From an uncultured Chloroflexia bacterium (GTDB lineage: Bacteria; Chloroflexota; Limnocylindria; Limnocylindrales; CSP1-4): a stretch of 64,000 nucleotides of DNA. The notes beneath the pieces were generated by a model. It made no database searches, was not told where the DNA came from, and worked only from the letters and a program-made list of their open reading frames with translations. Positions within the stretch are counted from its first letter, which is position 1, and every line of letters starts with the position of its first letter. The position numbers and the translations under genes are program-made. Positions 20,052 through 30,206 of this stretch are shown in pieces. Where the stretch lies: the NCBI GenBank assembly GCA_963768655.1, contig CAVYIM010000003.1:832001-896000 (forward strand), read 5' to 3'.

Positions 20052-20967
20052 ATGGCGGCTCCCACTGGTCGAGCGACGAAGGCCTCCGAAGCGGAGGGGA
20101 CGGCCGGCGCCACAGCGGGCGGCGACCCGTCACGGGCGGCGCTACCGCGCCCGGCGCGGACGGGACGCCGCTGCAGCTGCGTCATTGGCCGCCCGTCGGC
20201 GCGCCGTGGGCCACTGTCCTGCTGGTCCACGGCATCGGCGAGCACAGCGGCCGGTACGAGCGAACAGGGCGGCTGCTGGCCGAGGCGGGCCTCGACGTCC
20301 ATGCCTTCGACATCCGCGGCCATGGGCTCTCTGGCGGCCGGCGTGTCTACGTCCGGCGGTGGGACGACTACCTCGACGATCTGGCGGTCCGGATGGCGGC
20401 CGTGCGCCAGCCCGGCAGGCCGCTCGTCCTGTTCGGGCATTCGATGGGCGCGCTCATAGCCCTGACCTATGTCTGCTCCGACCGCCCCGCGCCGGACCTC
20501 CTCGTGCTGAGTGCCCCGCCACTGGAGGCCAGCGTCCCGGGCTGGCAGCGCGCCCTGGCTCCCGTGCATCAGCCGCGTGGCCCCGACCTTCGCGCTGGCC
20601 AACCCGATCTCGGGCGAGCAGCTTTCCCGCGACCCCGCCGTGGGCACGGCCTACTTCGCCGATCCGCTGGTCCAGCCCCGTTCCACGGCCCGTCTGGGCG
20701 CCGAGCTGTTCAAGGCCATGAAGCGGGGCCGTGAGGCAGCTCGCCCGCCTCCACGTCCCGACTCTCGTGATCCACGGCGGCGACGACTCGCTCGTTCCGA
20801 CCCACGTCAGCGAGCCGCTGGCCGCCGTCCCCGGCGTGGAGCGGCGCGTCCTGCCGGGGCTGCGGCACGAGACGCTCAACGAGCCCGAAGGACCGCAGGT
20901 GGTCGCCACAATCGTCGAGTGGCTCCGGGCCCATGCCCCCGCCGCCGTGCCAGGAGCCAGGCCATGA
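20052..20967 (+). CDS. Alpha/beta hydrolase (lysophospholipase / MAG-lipase-like), broken by apparent frameshifts
   Basis: HGIGEHSGRY, GHSMG nucleophile elbow, LSRDP, HGGDDSLVP, LRHETLNEPE spread over three frames (indels near 20567 and 20735); start uncertain. Confidence 0.8.
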
Positions 20968-22199
20968 GCGTCGAGATTCGCGCCTGCCCGCCCGGATCGC
21001 TTCGCCGAATTGCTCAAGACCGCCGAGGTCGCCTTCAGCGAGGATGTCCCCGACGATCTGATCGAGCGTGTCCGGAAGGTCTCCGATCCGGCGCGGTTCG
21101 TGTGCGCCCTGGACCGCGACCGCATCGTCGCCACGGGCGGCGTCTTCGGCGTCAACCTCAGCGTTCCGGGCGGCGACCTGCCGGCCGGCGGCGTGACGTG
21201 GGTGACGGTCCTGCCGTCCCACCGCCGCCGCGGAATCATGAGCGGGATGATGCGGCTGATGGTCGACGACTGCCACGCCCGCAACGAGCCGCTGGCCATT
21301 CTGTGGGCGTCTCGAGGGCGCCATATACCAGCGCTTCGGCTACGGGATGGCGACCCTGTGCGTGAACCTGGAGGCCGAAACCGCTTCCGCGCAATACGCC
21401 CGCGACTGGCCGGTCGAGGGCTCGTGCCGGTTGCTGCGACCGGGCGAGGGGCTGGACATGATCGCGCCTGTCTACGAAGCGGTACGGGCGCAACGAGCCG
21501 GGTTTCTCTCGCGCACGCCCGACTGGTGGGTTGGCCAGCTGCCGCGGCCGGAGAAGGACGACAAGGGCGGCGAAGCCCGGCGGCTGGTCGATCTACGAGA
21601 CCGCCGAAGGCGTCGAGGCCTACGCCGTGTACAAGACCAAGGCCGAGTGGGACGTTCGGGGCGCCCACTGCACCATTACCGTGGAGGAGGCTCTCGGGTC
21701 GACGCCGCGCGGAACGCGGGCGATCTGGCGGTACCTGCTCGACGTGGATCTGATGCGCACGCTCAAGACGTGGCGCCTGCCCCCGGACCACCCCATCCTG
21801 CTGCTCACCGCCGAGCCCCGCCGCCTCGGGCTGACAGTGGGCGATGGGTTGTGGCTGCGGATCGTAGACGTGAAGGCCGCCCTGGAAGGCCGAACGTACG
21901 GCCCGGACCCGCACGCCGGCGGCCGGATCGTTCTCGACCTGAGTGACGAGTACTGCCCCTGGAATGCGGGTCGATGGATGCTCGAGGTGTCCGAAGGCCG
22001 GGCCGGCGTAGCTACGACCAGGGCGCCGGCCGACCTGGCGCTGGACGCGAACGATCTGGGCTCGCTATATCTCGGGGGTTTCAGCGCCACCTCGCTGGCG
22101 CACTCCGGACGAGTGGTGGAGCTACGCCCCGGAGGATTGGCCGCGGCCGATGCGCTCTTCCACACGGCGTTGCAGCCGTGGTGTCCGCAGGAATTCTGA
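20964..22199 (+). CDS. Eis-like GNAT acetyltransferase with SCP2 domain, three apparent +1 frameshifts
   Basis: VTVLPSHRRRG, LWAS/EGAIYQRFGYG, LWLRIVDV, CPWNAGRW, LGSLYLGG, PWCPQEF; indels near 20992, 21312, 21590. Confidence 0.88.
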
Positions 22200-22219
22200 C
22201 CCGGCGGCGAGGCCGAGCG

Positions 22220-22399
22220 TCAGCGCTCGAAGCGGACCGGCTGGTGATTGCCCGAGGGTGCGCATACGTCGCAGAGCGTCAAGCCGTCTTCGATGAGAGC
22301 GGCCCGGCGGCGACCCTGGCCGGCCACGAGGGCCACCGGGTGTTTGCATACTGAGCAGCGGGCTTGCTTCGCGTCCATGCGATCGCCTTGATCCGTCAT
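22220..22399 (-). CDS. Small putative zinc-finger protein
   Basis: 59 aa with CSVC and CDVC pairs; alternative ATG at 22378. Confidence 0.55.
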   Translation of the reverse strand: MTDQGDRMDAKQARCSVCKHPVALVAGQGRRRAALIEDGLTLCDVCAPSGNHQPVRFER

Positions 22400-22872
22400 C
22401 CCTGGATCGGCCTCGTATGAGATTAGGCGACATGGTGTTGCCTGTGGCGATCGAGGCCGATGATGGGGAGCTCGCAACCGCTCCTACGTCGGAAGTCGGT
22501 CGGCTCTTCCGAGCCGACCATCCGGCGTCTGCACCAATCTGGAGGGTGACGATCCTCCACCGCCGACCCGATCCGAACGGACTCGCCTCGGCTACGCTGC
22601 AGCGCCTAGCCCACCCACCGCAGCTGCTGCATTTCGTATGCCTACGGCAGATTCCGTACTCGTGCAGTCTACGCGTTCGATTCTGTGCAGGTGCGGTGGA
22701 ATCGCCGAAAGGTCGATTGGCCCGGCAGGCAATTCCAACATTCCACGCCTCGATCCGCCTATCCCGTCAGGTGGGCCAAGCCGGGACGCGTTGGGAACCG
22801 GAGGATGCGTCGGGGCGTCCTGCGGGCGTTGACATCGCCGCCCAACCCTACTTCGGCCATTGGAGTACGTAA

Positions 22873-23562
22873 ATGAAACTCCGTCTGCCCCCCAAGCCCC
22901 GGCGCTCGCTCCTGGTAGGGCTCCTCTTCGTTTCCGCCGCGTCCCTGGCCGCCGGTTGGACGGCCGGCGCCGTCGCCGCTTCGAGCGGTCCACAGCCTTC
23001 GCCCACCGCGGGAGCCGCGGCCAGCGACGGCGCCATGAGCGGCGCCGGGCCGGTGGTGACAGGCGGCGGCCAGGTTTCGGCGGAGCCGGGATTGACTCAG
23101 GGCTCCAGTTCCTCGAGTGCGGTCTATCCGTACCAGGTCGGCTCGTCGCTGGGTGTCGCGCCCGAGAACACGATCCTCGCCGCGGGAACCGGCAGCGCCG
23201 ACATGAAGGCCGATGGCTCCGACAGGGCGACGGCCATGTCCAAGGCCACCGGCGCCGCCCTGGCCGACGCCAGAGCCCAGGCCCAGGCCGTGGCGACCGC
23301 GATGGGCGTGGCCATCACGACCACTTATTCGGTCAGCGTCTCGTCGTCGGACAGCTACGTCTACCCGACCGGCGACTGCCCGATCCGGATCCCCGTGCTC
23401 CCCGAACCCAGCGCGGCCGGCCCCGGTGACGGTGGCCAGGCCACCGTCACGAACACGCCCGCGCCCGCCGGTCTGCCCGACGTCTGCGTGCCGGGCAGCG
23501 TCTCGACCCCGACTTCCACGCAGCTGGTTGTGACGGTCGTCGTGGCCTATCGCTTCTCCTGA
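22873..23562 (+). CDS. Secreted SIMPL (DUF541)-like protein
   Basis: Signal peptide; AALADARAQAQAVATAMGV and C-terminal LVVTVVVAYRF resemble the SIMPL C-half. Confidence 0.65.
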   Translation: MKLRLPPKPRRSLLVGLLFVSAASLAAGWTAGAVAASSGPQPSPTAGAAASDGAMSGAGPVVTGGGQVSAEPGLTQGSSSSSAVYPYQVGSSLGVAPENTILAAGTGSADMKADGSDRATAMSKATGAALADARAQAQAVATAMGVAITTTYSVSVSSSDSYVYPTGDCPIRIPVLPEPSAAGPGDGGQATVTNTPAPAGLPDVCVPGSVSTPTSTQLVVTVVVAYRFS

Positions 23563-23905
23563 TCGGGTGCCGGCCGTCGGCCCCGGCCACTCCCGGCTTG
23601 CCGCTCAGGCTTAAACTGTGGTCGTGTCATCGAGAGGCCGGCAGCGAAGCCGGTCCGGATCGGTAGGGTCGCAGCTCCCCGAGTGAGGCGGCCAGTGGGG
23701 CCGACTCCAACATGGATCTGGCGGCGCCACGGTGCACGGCCAAGCCACCGTCCCCGTCGCCTCCCAGGCGCCTTCCGGCGCGTCCGCGCCGGCATTCAAC
23801 GACCACCGCATCGGCCACTTCGAGGCCTGCGCGGCGCGCGGCCCGGATCGGGCCCTCGGTGCGTTCGAATGTGCCCGTCCGGCTCGCAGCCGGAGGGAGG
23901 CCGAG

Positions 23906-24295
23906 ATGGGAACCGTAGACGTACAGAGAGCCTTTCGATCGATGACGGTGCCTCCGCCGCGGCACGGTGAGTCGGGCGAGCTCGTGGCGCTGAAGATCGA
24001 AGAGCCGGAGCGCGTGGCCGTTGCGATCAAGGCGGGTCCCGAGTACGAGTGCCCGGACCTCGAGTGCCTGAGCGGCGACGAGTGCGAGGCGCAGGCCAAA
24101 GAAACGGCGATCCGGTTGCGGCCGATCCTCCGGGTCAGGCCACAGCCGCTGCCGCTGGTCCTCGAGTTGCTCGAGTGCGAGTTCGATCTGCGACACGGCT
24201 GCGCGGAGCGTCTCTTCTGGCTGGCCCACGAGCGAGGTTACCTGTCACTTCGCGAGGGCCGCGTGTACCTGGGCCACGTGACCGCGGGCGCGTAA
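23906..24295 (+). CDS. Hypothetical protein
   Basis: Strong GGAGGGAGG RBS before ATG; GC3-biased codons; CPDLECLSGDEC motif. Confidence 0.6.
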   Translation: MGTVDVQRAFRSMTVPPPRHGESGELVALKIEEPERVAVAIKAGPEYECPDLECLSGDECEAQAKETAIRLRPILRVRPQPLPLVLELLECEFDLRHGCAERLFWLAHERGYLSLREGRVYLGHVTAGA

Positions 24296-24364
24296 TCCGC
24301 CCGGCGGCCCGGCGCCCCGTGGCGCACGGCCGGGTGACCTGGGTCTGTCTGTCATCATTCGGGC

Positions 24365-25090
24365 GTGAGCCCAGACACGCCCTCGGCCCGAAGATCCGAC
24401 GCGCCGACCCTCGCCGATCTGCCCGAGCCGGCGGCTCTGCTGTTCGACCTGGACGGCACGCTCGTCGACACTGTCCAGCGGCGCATCGAAGCCTGGTGGG
24501 AGGCCCTGCGTCGCGGCGGGCTGACGGTGGATCGGAATCGCCTGGGGAGCTACATCGGGTCGGACGGCCGGTGGCTGGCCAGGGAGATTGCCCGGGAGCA
24601 GGGTCGCGAGCTCGACTATACCGAGACGGAGGAGTTCGATCGCGTTTCCGGCGCGATCTTCGATGAGCTGAACGCGGCGCCGGTGCCCTTGCCCGGCGCG
24701 ACCGAGCTGCTGACCGCGCTGGAGCAGAGCCGCCTGACCTTCGCCATCGCCACTTCGAGCCGGCCGGGTCAGGTGGCGGTTTCGGTCGACGCGCTGCGCC
24801 TGCCGGCGCCGCCGCCTATCACGGACGGCAGTCACGTGGCCAACGCCAAGCCCGAGCCCGACTTGCTGCTCGCGTCAGCGGCCCAGCTCGGGCTCCCGCC
24901 CGAGCGCTGCTGGTACGTCGGCGATTCGAAGTGGGACATGATGGCCAGCGTGCGCGCGAAGATGATCGCCGTCGGTGTCACGACCGGGGCGGTCGATGCC
25001 GATGAATTGATGGTCGCTGGCGCCGTGGTCGCGCTGGCAAGCCTGACGGAACTGCTCACCGAGCTGCGCAGGCGCGGAGCCGTGCCCTGA
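24365..25090 (+). CDS. HAD-IA family hydrolase
   Basis: FDLDGTLVD, KPEPD, YVGDSKWD. Confidence 0.93.
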   Translation: MSPDTPSARRSDAPTLADLPEPAALLFDLDGTLVDTVQRRIEAWWEALRRGGLTVDRNRLGSYIGSDGRWLAREIAREQGRELDYTETEEFDRVSGAIFDELNAAPVPLPGATELLTALEQSRLTFAIATSSRPGQVAVSVDALRLPAPPPITDGSHVANAKPEPDLLLASAAQLGLPPERCWYVGDSKWDMMASVRAKMIAVGVTTGAVDADELMVAGAVVALASLTELLTELRRRGAVP

Positions 25091-25243
25091 CGCCGGCTGA
25101 TCGCCCCCCGCGCCGGCCGGCACCGTCGCCAGCGAGTCGGAGGCGAGGTGGAGCGGGCACGCAGAATCGGCTCGTGCGCCGGAAGCGGCTCTTGCGCCGA
25201 AGAGGTCGTGGCCGAAGCCGCTCGACCTGCGCCAGGACCCCGG

Positions 25244-25558
25244 TCAGCCCTCGGCGGCGAGTCGCTCTATGTCGACCGCGCGAACGCGCCGCGTCTTGCC
25301 TGCCTCGGTTCGAACCATGTAGGCGGGGATCACCCCGACGACGACGGCCTGGACGACGGCGGTCTCGCCGGCGTACAGCCCGGCTCCACCGATCTTGACC
25401 CGATCGCCGACCGAGAGGTCGTCCCGCGTGTCGAGGGCCGCCAGGTTGATGCTGGCGACGGTCGTCCGTACGTAGTTCGGGTCGCTCGGCAGCCCCGTGG
25501 TCCGGGCAGGTTTCGTGGCCGTGCGGGCCACCGGATACGTGATCTTGCGTTTTCGCAC
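25244..25558 (-). CDS. Small KOW-motif protein
   Basis: LSVGDRVKIGGAGLYAGETAVV KOW-like motif; basic N-terminus; directly downstream of the helicase. Confidence 0.65.
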   Translation of the reverse strand: MRKRKITYPVARTATKPARTTGLPSDPNYVRTTVASINLAALDTRDDLSVGDRVKIGGAGLYAGETAVVQAVVVGVIPAYMVRTEAGKTRRVRAVDIERLAAEG

Positions 25559-25587
25559 TTGCTCAGCAGCTCCTCACAGTGGGGACT

Positions 25588-26850
25588 CTACCGCGCCGCG
25601 GCCGCGAACGTCTGATTGGGCCGCTGCGATCCATTCCGGCGCGACCGGGATGGCCCGCCCGCGCGCCCGCCGCCGAACCGCGCCACCGGTGTGGGCTCGC
25701 GGTTGGGATCGGGCAGGTACTCTTCGACGACTGCACACGGGATGGACTTGCGCAGCAGGCGCTGGACGCCCCGCAGTTCGTCCACCTCGTCGGGCGAGAC
25801 CAGGGAGATGGCCGTCCCGCTGGCGCCGGCGCGACCGGTTCGGCCGATGCGATGAATGTAGTCCTGCGGCTCGTACGGCAGCTCGAAGTTGACGACGTAG
25901 GGGAGATCCTCGATGTCGAGGCCTCGCGAAGCCACGTCCGTGGCCACGAGGACCTTGACGTAGCGACCCTTGAACGCCTCGAGTGCACGCGTCCGCTCGG
26001 CCTGGCTGCGGTCGCCGTGGATCGCGGAGCAGCTGACGCCGCGCCTGTCCAGGTACGCGGCCAGCCGGCTCGCCCCGATCTTGCTCCGGGTGAAGACCAG
26101 CACCTGCTCCATCGAGTCGCGCTGGATCAGGTGGATCAGAAGGTCCGCTTTGCGGCTCTGGTCGACCGGGTAGAGGACCTGGGTGAGATTGTCGGCCACG
26201 CTGTTGCGAGGCGCGACTTCGACCGTCTCCGGGTTGGTCTGGAACTCGCCGGCGAGCTTGCGCACGTCATCGGAGAAGGTTGCCGAGAAGAGCAGCGTCT
26301 GGCGCTTCGCCGGTATGTGTCCGACGATCTTGCGGACTTCGGGGATGAAGCCCATGTCGAGCATCCGGTCGGCTTCGTCCAGGACGAGGATCTCGACCTG
26401 GGAGAGGTTCACGGTGCGCTGCCCGACGTGGTCGAGCAGGCGGCCGGGCGTGGCGACGAGGATCTCGACGCCGTGCCAGAGGATCTTGATCTCCGGGTCG
26501 ATGCGCGTGCCGCCGTACACGACCGTGGAGCGGAGCGGAACGCTGCGGCCGTAGGTCTTGACGGCAGTGGCCACCTGAACGGCGAGCTCGCGGGTGGGTG
26601 TCAGGATCAGGACTCGGACCGGATGTCTTGCCGGCGAGAACCCCGTGTTGGAGTGGTGCCGGAGAAGCTCCAGGATCGGCAGGACGAAAGCGGCGGTCTT
26701 GCCGGTGCCGGTCTGCGCGGCGGCGAGAACGTCGCGGCCGGCGAGAATGAGGGGGATTGCGGCGCTCTGGACGGGCGTCGGCTCTGTGTAGCCCTCCCGC
26801 TCCACTGTGGCGAGAAGGTCGGCCGAAAGGCCGAGGTTGTCGAAAGTCAA
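25588..26850 (-). CDS. rhlE: DEAD-box RNA helicase (RhlE-like)
   Basis: Q motif, AQTGTGKT, PTRELA, DEAD, SAT, HRIGRTGR; TTG start after AGGAG. Confidence 0.92.
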   Translation of the reverse strand: MTFDNLGLSADLLATVEREGYTEPTPVQSAAIPLILAGRDVLAAAQTGTGKTAAFVLPILELLRHHSNTGFSPARHPVRVLILTPTRELAVQVATAVKTYGRSVPLRSTVVYGGTRIDPEIKILWHGVEILVATPGRLLDHVGQRTVNLSQVEILVLDEADRMLDMGFIPEVRKIVGHIPAKRQTLLFSATFSDDVRKLAGEFQTNPETVEVAPRNSVADNLTQVLYPVDQSRKADLLIHLIQRDSMEQVLVFTRSKIGASRLAAYLDRRGVSCSAIHGDRSQAERTRALEAFKGRYVKVLVATDVASRGLDIEDLPYVVNFELPYEPQDYIHRIGRTGRAGASGTAISLVSPDEVDELRGVQRLLRKSIPCAVVEEYLPDPNREPTPVARFGGGRAGGPSRSRRNGSQRPNQTFAAAAR

Positions 26851-27119
26851 ACGATTTCTCCTGATTGCGTCAGCTGACGCGGGTCCGGTCGGGCCTGGCG
26901 AGACGAATTGGGTCCCGCACCGACGGCGCGATCGGCGATTGGGGGCCGGCACCCTTGTGGCGTGCCGGAGGCAGACGCTGCCGCAGCGTGTCCGAAAATA
27001 GCGATTACATTGGTCATCGTACCACCGGAGCGGGCGAACCCGGCCAGGCCGATCTGACGAGCCCGCGCGGGTCGAGTCCTCCGCACGGCGCGGCACTCCG
27101 GGGTGCCCCGCCGAACGGT

Positions 27120-28286
27120 TCAGACAACGGCCGCCGCGAGAGCGCCGGTGGCTCGGAACGGGACCGAGGCGCCGCCGCCGGCCCGATCGAAGATGCGTCG
27201 GTACTCGGCGCCGACCTCCCACCACACCATGTTCCTGGCGTGGTCGTACGCCCGGCGACCCATCGAGCATCGCAGCTCGTGATCGCCGAGGAGTTCCACG
27301 AACGCGTCCGCGAAAGCTTCGGGCGAGTCTGAGACGAGCCGGCCGCGACCGTCGGCGAGGAGTTCCGAGGCGTAGACGTAAGGTGTCGAGACGATGGCCC
27401 TGCCGGCCGCCATGCCGTAAGCCAGCGTGCCGGAGGTGCTCAGGTCGAGGTTCGGATACGGCGTCGCCACGATGTCGGCGGCTTCGAGCCAGGTTCCGAG
27501 CTCCACCCGCCCGACGAACCGGTCGACGAACTGGACGTGCTCGCCCAGGCCGAGCGCGGCGACACGAGCCATGAGATCGTCACGGTAAGCTTCGCCGTCG
27601 CGAGCGAGCACAGCCGGGTGAGTTGCGCCGAGGATCACGTAGCACGCCGAGGGCTCGGCCTTGATCACGGCCGGCATCGCGTCGATGACGGATTCGAAAC
27701 CCTTGGCGGGTCCGAGCAGGCCGAAGCTGAGAATCACCGCGCGATCACGAAGGCCCAGGCGGGGCTTGGCCGTGTCGGCGGCGACCAGCGGCAGATGCGG
27801 GATGCCGTGCGGGACGATGGCGACGCGCGCCGGGTCCACGCCGTAGACGCTCGACAAAATCGATGCGCCTGCGTGCGACATGACGACCGACGTCTGAGCG
27901 ACGCCGACCAGCTCCCTCAGGATCTCGCGCTGAGCCGGCGTGGGCCGCGCCATCACACTGTGGAGTGTGGCCACGACAGGAACTCGCAGCGTGCGGACGA
28001 AGTCGAGGACGTACGAGCCATCGTCTCCGCCCCAGATGCCGTCGCCGTGTTGAAGGCAGACAACCTTGATCCCGCACTCATTGAGCGCCCGCGCGACGTA
28101 TGTGTAGTCCGTCTGCACGTCGCGTCTGATCCGATGCCGGACCTCGGCCGGGTACGGGCCGGGTTCGTCGGACGGGTGCAGGGCCACGATCTCACGCTCG
28201 CCGACCGTTGTGGCCAGGTCGTAGGTGAAGGTCGCAATGCCACACCGGCGTGGGGCGTAGGTGGATACGAAGGCGGTTCTCGAGAT
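27120..28286 (-). CDS. Glycosyltransferase family 4
   Basis: STYAPRRCGIATF, FGLLGPAKG, LGATHP, SGTLAY, STPY; start uncertain (GTG 28316 or ATC 28286). Confidence 0.9.
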   Translation of the reverse strand: MSRTAFVSTYAPRRCGIATFTYDLATTVGEREIVALHPSDEPGPYPAEVRHRIRRDVQTDYTYVARALNECGIKVVCLQHGDGIWGGDDGSYVLDFVRTLRVPVVATLHSVMARPTPAQREILRELVGVAQTSVVMSHAGASILSSVYGVDPARVAIVPHGIPHLPLVAADTAKPRLGLRDRAVILSFGLLGPAKGFESVIDAMPAVIKAEPSACYVILGATHPAVLARDGEAYRDDLMARVAALGLGEHVQFVDRFVGRVELGTWLEAADIVATPYPNLDLSTSGTLAYGMAAGRAIVSTPYVYASELLADGRGRLVSDSPEAFADAFVELLGDHELRCSMGRRAYDHARNMVWWEVGAEYRRIFDRAGGGASVPFRATGALAAAVV

Positions 28287-28378
28287 GAGGTGCTCCTGTC
28301 GGAGTGGGATCCGCACTCGGGCGATAGGCGAGACGCGGCCCGGAGCGATTGACGCCCGGGCCGCGAATGCCGGGCGAA

Positions 28379-28582
28379 CTAGGCTGCGCTCACCTGGACG
28401 GCGCGCGGGCCCTTGGGGCTCGTCTCGATCTCGAATGAGACACGCTCGCCGCCGACGAGGCGGTCGAAGTCGAGGGGGGCCTGGAGACCGCCGCGATGGA
28501 AGAAGTATTCCTTGCCATCCTCGGCGGAGATGAAGCCGAAGCCGCGATCGGCCACGACCTTCTTAACAGTACCGGTGGTCAT
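28379..28582 (-). CDS. Cold-shock domain protein
   Basis: GTVKK..DRGFGFI (RNP1), FFH (RNP2), KGPRAVQV. Confidence 0.95.
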   Translation of the reverse strand: MTTGTVKKVVADRGFGFISAEDGKEYFFHRGGLQAPLDFDRLVGGERVSFEIETSPKGPRAVQVSAA

Positions 28583-28913
28583 GAGTGACCCCTTTATTCT
28601 CTTCCCGAACCAGATTGCAGACGCACGGTCAGTTCGGAAAGGGGGGTAGACCACGCGAGCGTTGCCGCAAGGTGCAACAACGCCACCCACGGTACTCGCA
28701 ATGTGCCGTTTGCACAAATGTGGACCGCCGGCGTTGCGCCCTCGCCGGCGCCCCGGTCCGTGGCCTCGTCGGGGCCCAGCGCGGCGCCCCAGCCTGCGGG
28801 CTGTGTGCCTGATTGGCTTGACCTGCAGCCGCCGCGGCCCCACTGTGGTACACAGTCGACCGCGCCGGGTCACGATTCCGTCACTCGCAGCGCACGGCAG
28901 ATCGGATGCCCTC

Positions 28914-29195
28914 GTGGCCCGCAGACCCTTCGCCACGCCGGACGCGCTCATCGTGGTGAGCAGCGACGGCTACTTCGACGTGTTTCGCCCGGACCATCGC
29001 CGGCCCAATGACAAGCCCGCCTATCGCGGCGTCCTGGCCGAGCTGGGGCCGACCGTACGGGGTCAGAACGACAGACTGTCTGTCCGCCCGGATTCACCCA
29101 TTCTCGAAACCGCGGTCTTCGTCTGGGCCGCGCACCACGGCGCCGCCGCGGTGAACGGCGAGCTCGGCCTGGGCCGAAACGGCGCCCAGAGCTAG
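28914..29195 (+). CDS. Hypothetical protein
   Basis: Protein-like composition and GC3 bias in the 3' part of ORF 28662..29195; start uncertain. Confidence 0.5.
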   Translation: MARRPFATPDALIVVSSDGYFDVFRPDHRRPNDKPAYRGVLAELGPTVRGQNDRLSVRPDSPILETAVFVWAAHHGAAAVNGELGLGRNGAQS

Positions 29196-29295
29196 AACCC
29201 CGCCGAGCCGTTCGGCTGAGCCTCGGGCTTTCGCCCTGTCTCCGGCTCGCCCGGCTCGTCGCGACCGCCTCCCTGCTGCCCGAAAGGATCCCACC

Positions 29296-29538
29296 GTGAC
29301 CGAAGAAACCACCCCCACCGCACCGCGCGCCGAGCCGGATCGCGGCCGTTCCGGATTCCGTTCCGCTTCTGTGGCCACGTCGGCCGACAGCCGCTCCAAC
29401 GGTGGGTCCGGAGTCCATCGCAGCCACCTTCGCAACCGCAAGGCGTGGCTTGGGCAGCGTACCCGGGCCGGGCAGACGTGGGCCCAGCGGAAGGCCGCCA
29501 GCGTCACCTATTGCCCTGCCAAGCAGCGGGTCGGGTAG
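29296..29538 (+). CDS. Small basic hypothetical protein
   Basis: AAAGGA RBS before GTG; no recognisable domain. Confidence 0.4.
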   Translation: MTEETTPTAPRAEPDRGRSGFRSASVATSADSRSNGGSGVHRSHLRNRKAWLGQRTRAGQTWAQRKAASVTYCPAKQRVG

Positions 29539-29628
29539 CGCGAGAATCGGGGCCGGGCGGGACGGGCTCGTTGCGGCCCGCGGGTCAACGGCGGCGCCGC
29601 TCGGGCTTATCGCGCCCATCTCCGCGTG

Positions 29629-30054
29629 TCAACGGCGGCGCCGCTCGCGCGCCAGCTCGACCAGGCGGGCGTCCGAGATGCCGAAATGGTGAGCGACCTC
29701 GTGCCGGACCGTCTCGGCCACGCCCCGCGCCAGGGCGTCGGGGTCGCGGAATTGCCGCAGGTGCGGGCCGCGGAAGATCGAGATCTTGCTCGCCACCGCC
29801 GCGTCTCCCGCTCCGTACGCCGTCCGCGGTACGCCGGTATAGAGCCCGAGCAGCCCCGGCGCTCCGACTGAGGCGAGCTGGTCGAGCGTCGGCTCGTCCT
29901 CGATCACGATCGCGACGCTGCCCAGCCTCTCGCGGAAGACCGTGGGCAGCGAATCCAGCGCCTCGATCACGAGCGCCTCGAACGGGTCGGTGGCGGTCGC
30001 AGGATCCTCTGCTGCCGTGATGGGGATCGCGGGGTGCTCGATCTCGGGCTCCAT
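29629..30054 (-). CDS. Zincin-like metallopeptidase family protein (DUF1025-like)
   Basis: LLGLYTGVP, ISIFRGP, HEVAHHFGISD (HExxH). Confidence 0.9.
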   Translation of the reverse strand: MEPEIEHPAIPITAAEDPATATDPFEALVIEALDSLPTVFRERLGSVAIVIEDEPTLDQLASVGAPGLLGLYTGVPRTAYGAGDAAVASKISIFRGPHLRQFRDPDALARGVAETVRHEVAHHFGISDARLVELARERRRR

Positions 30055-30206
30055 TGGCGCATTATCGGCCGCCCGGGTGTTTTGGCCGCGGCGTCGGCTG
30101 CCGTGGCGCCCCGACAGAAATGCCGGCCGGTCCCGCCTGTAGGCTATCGGTGCGGCCGCGGTCTGCATTGGCCGCGGCGACCGTCCAGGTGCGCCCACCG
30201 CCCGAG

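Noticed and set aside
20052-22199. Programmed frameshifting in the hydrolase and Eis-like genes
   Set aside because: Multiple indels without slippery heptamers in families not known to recode; sequencing error is more parsimonious
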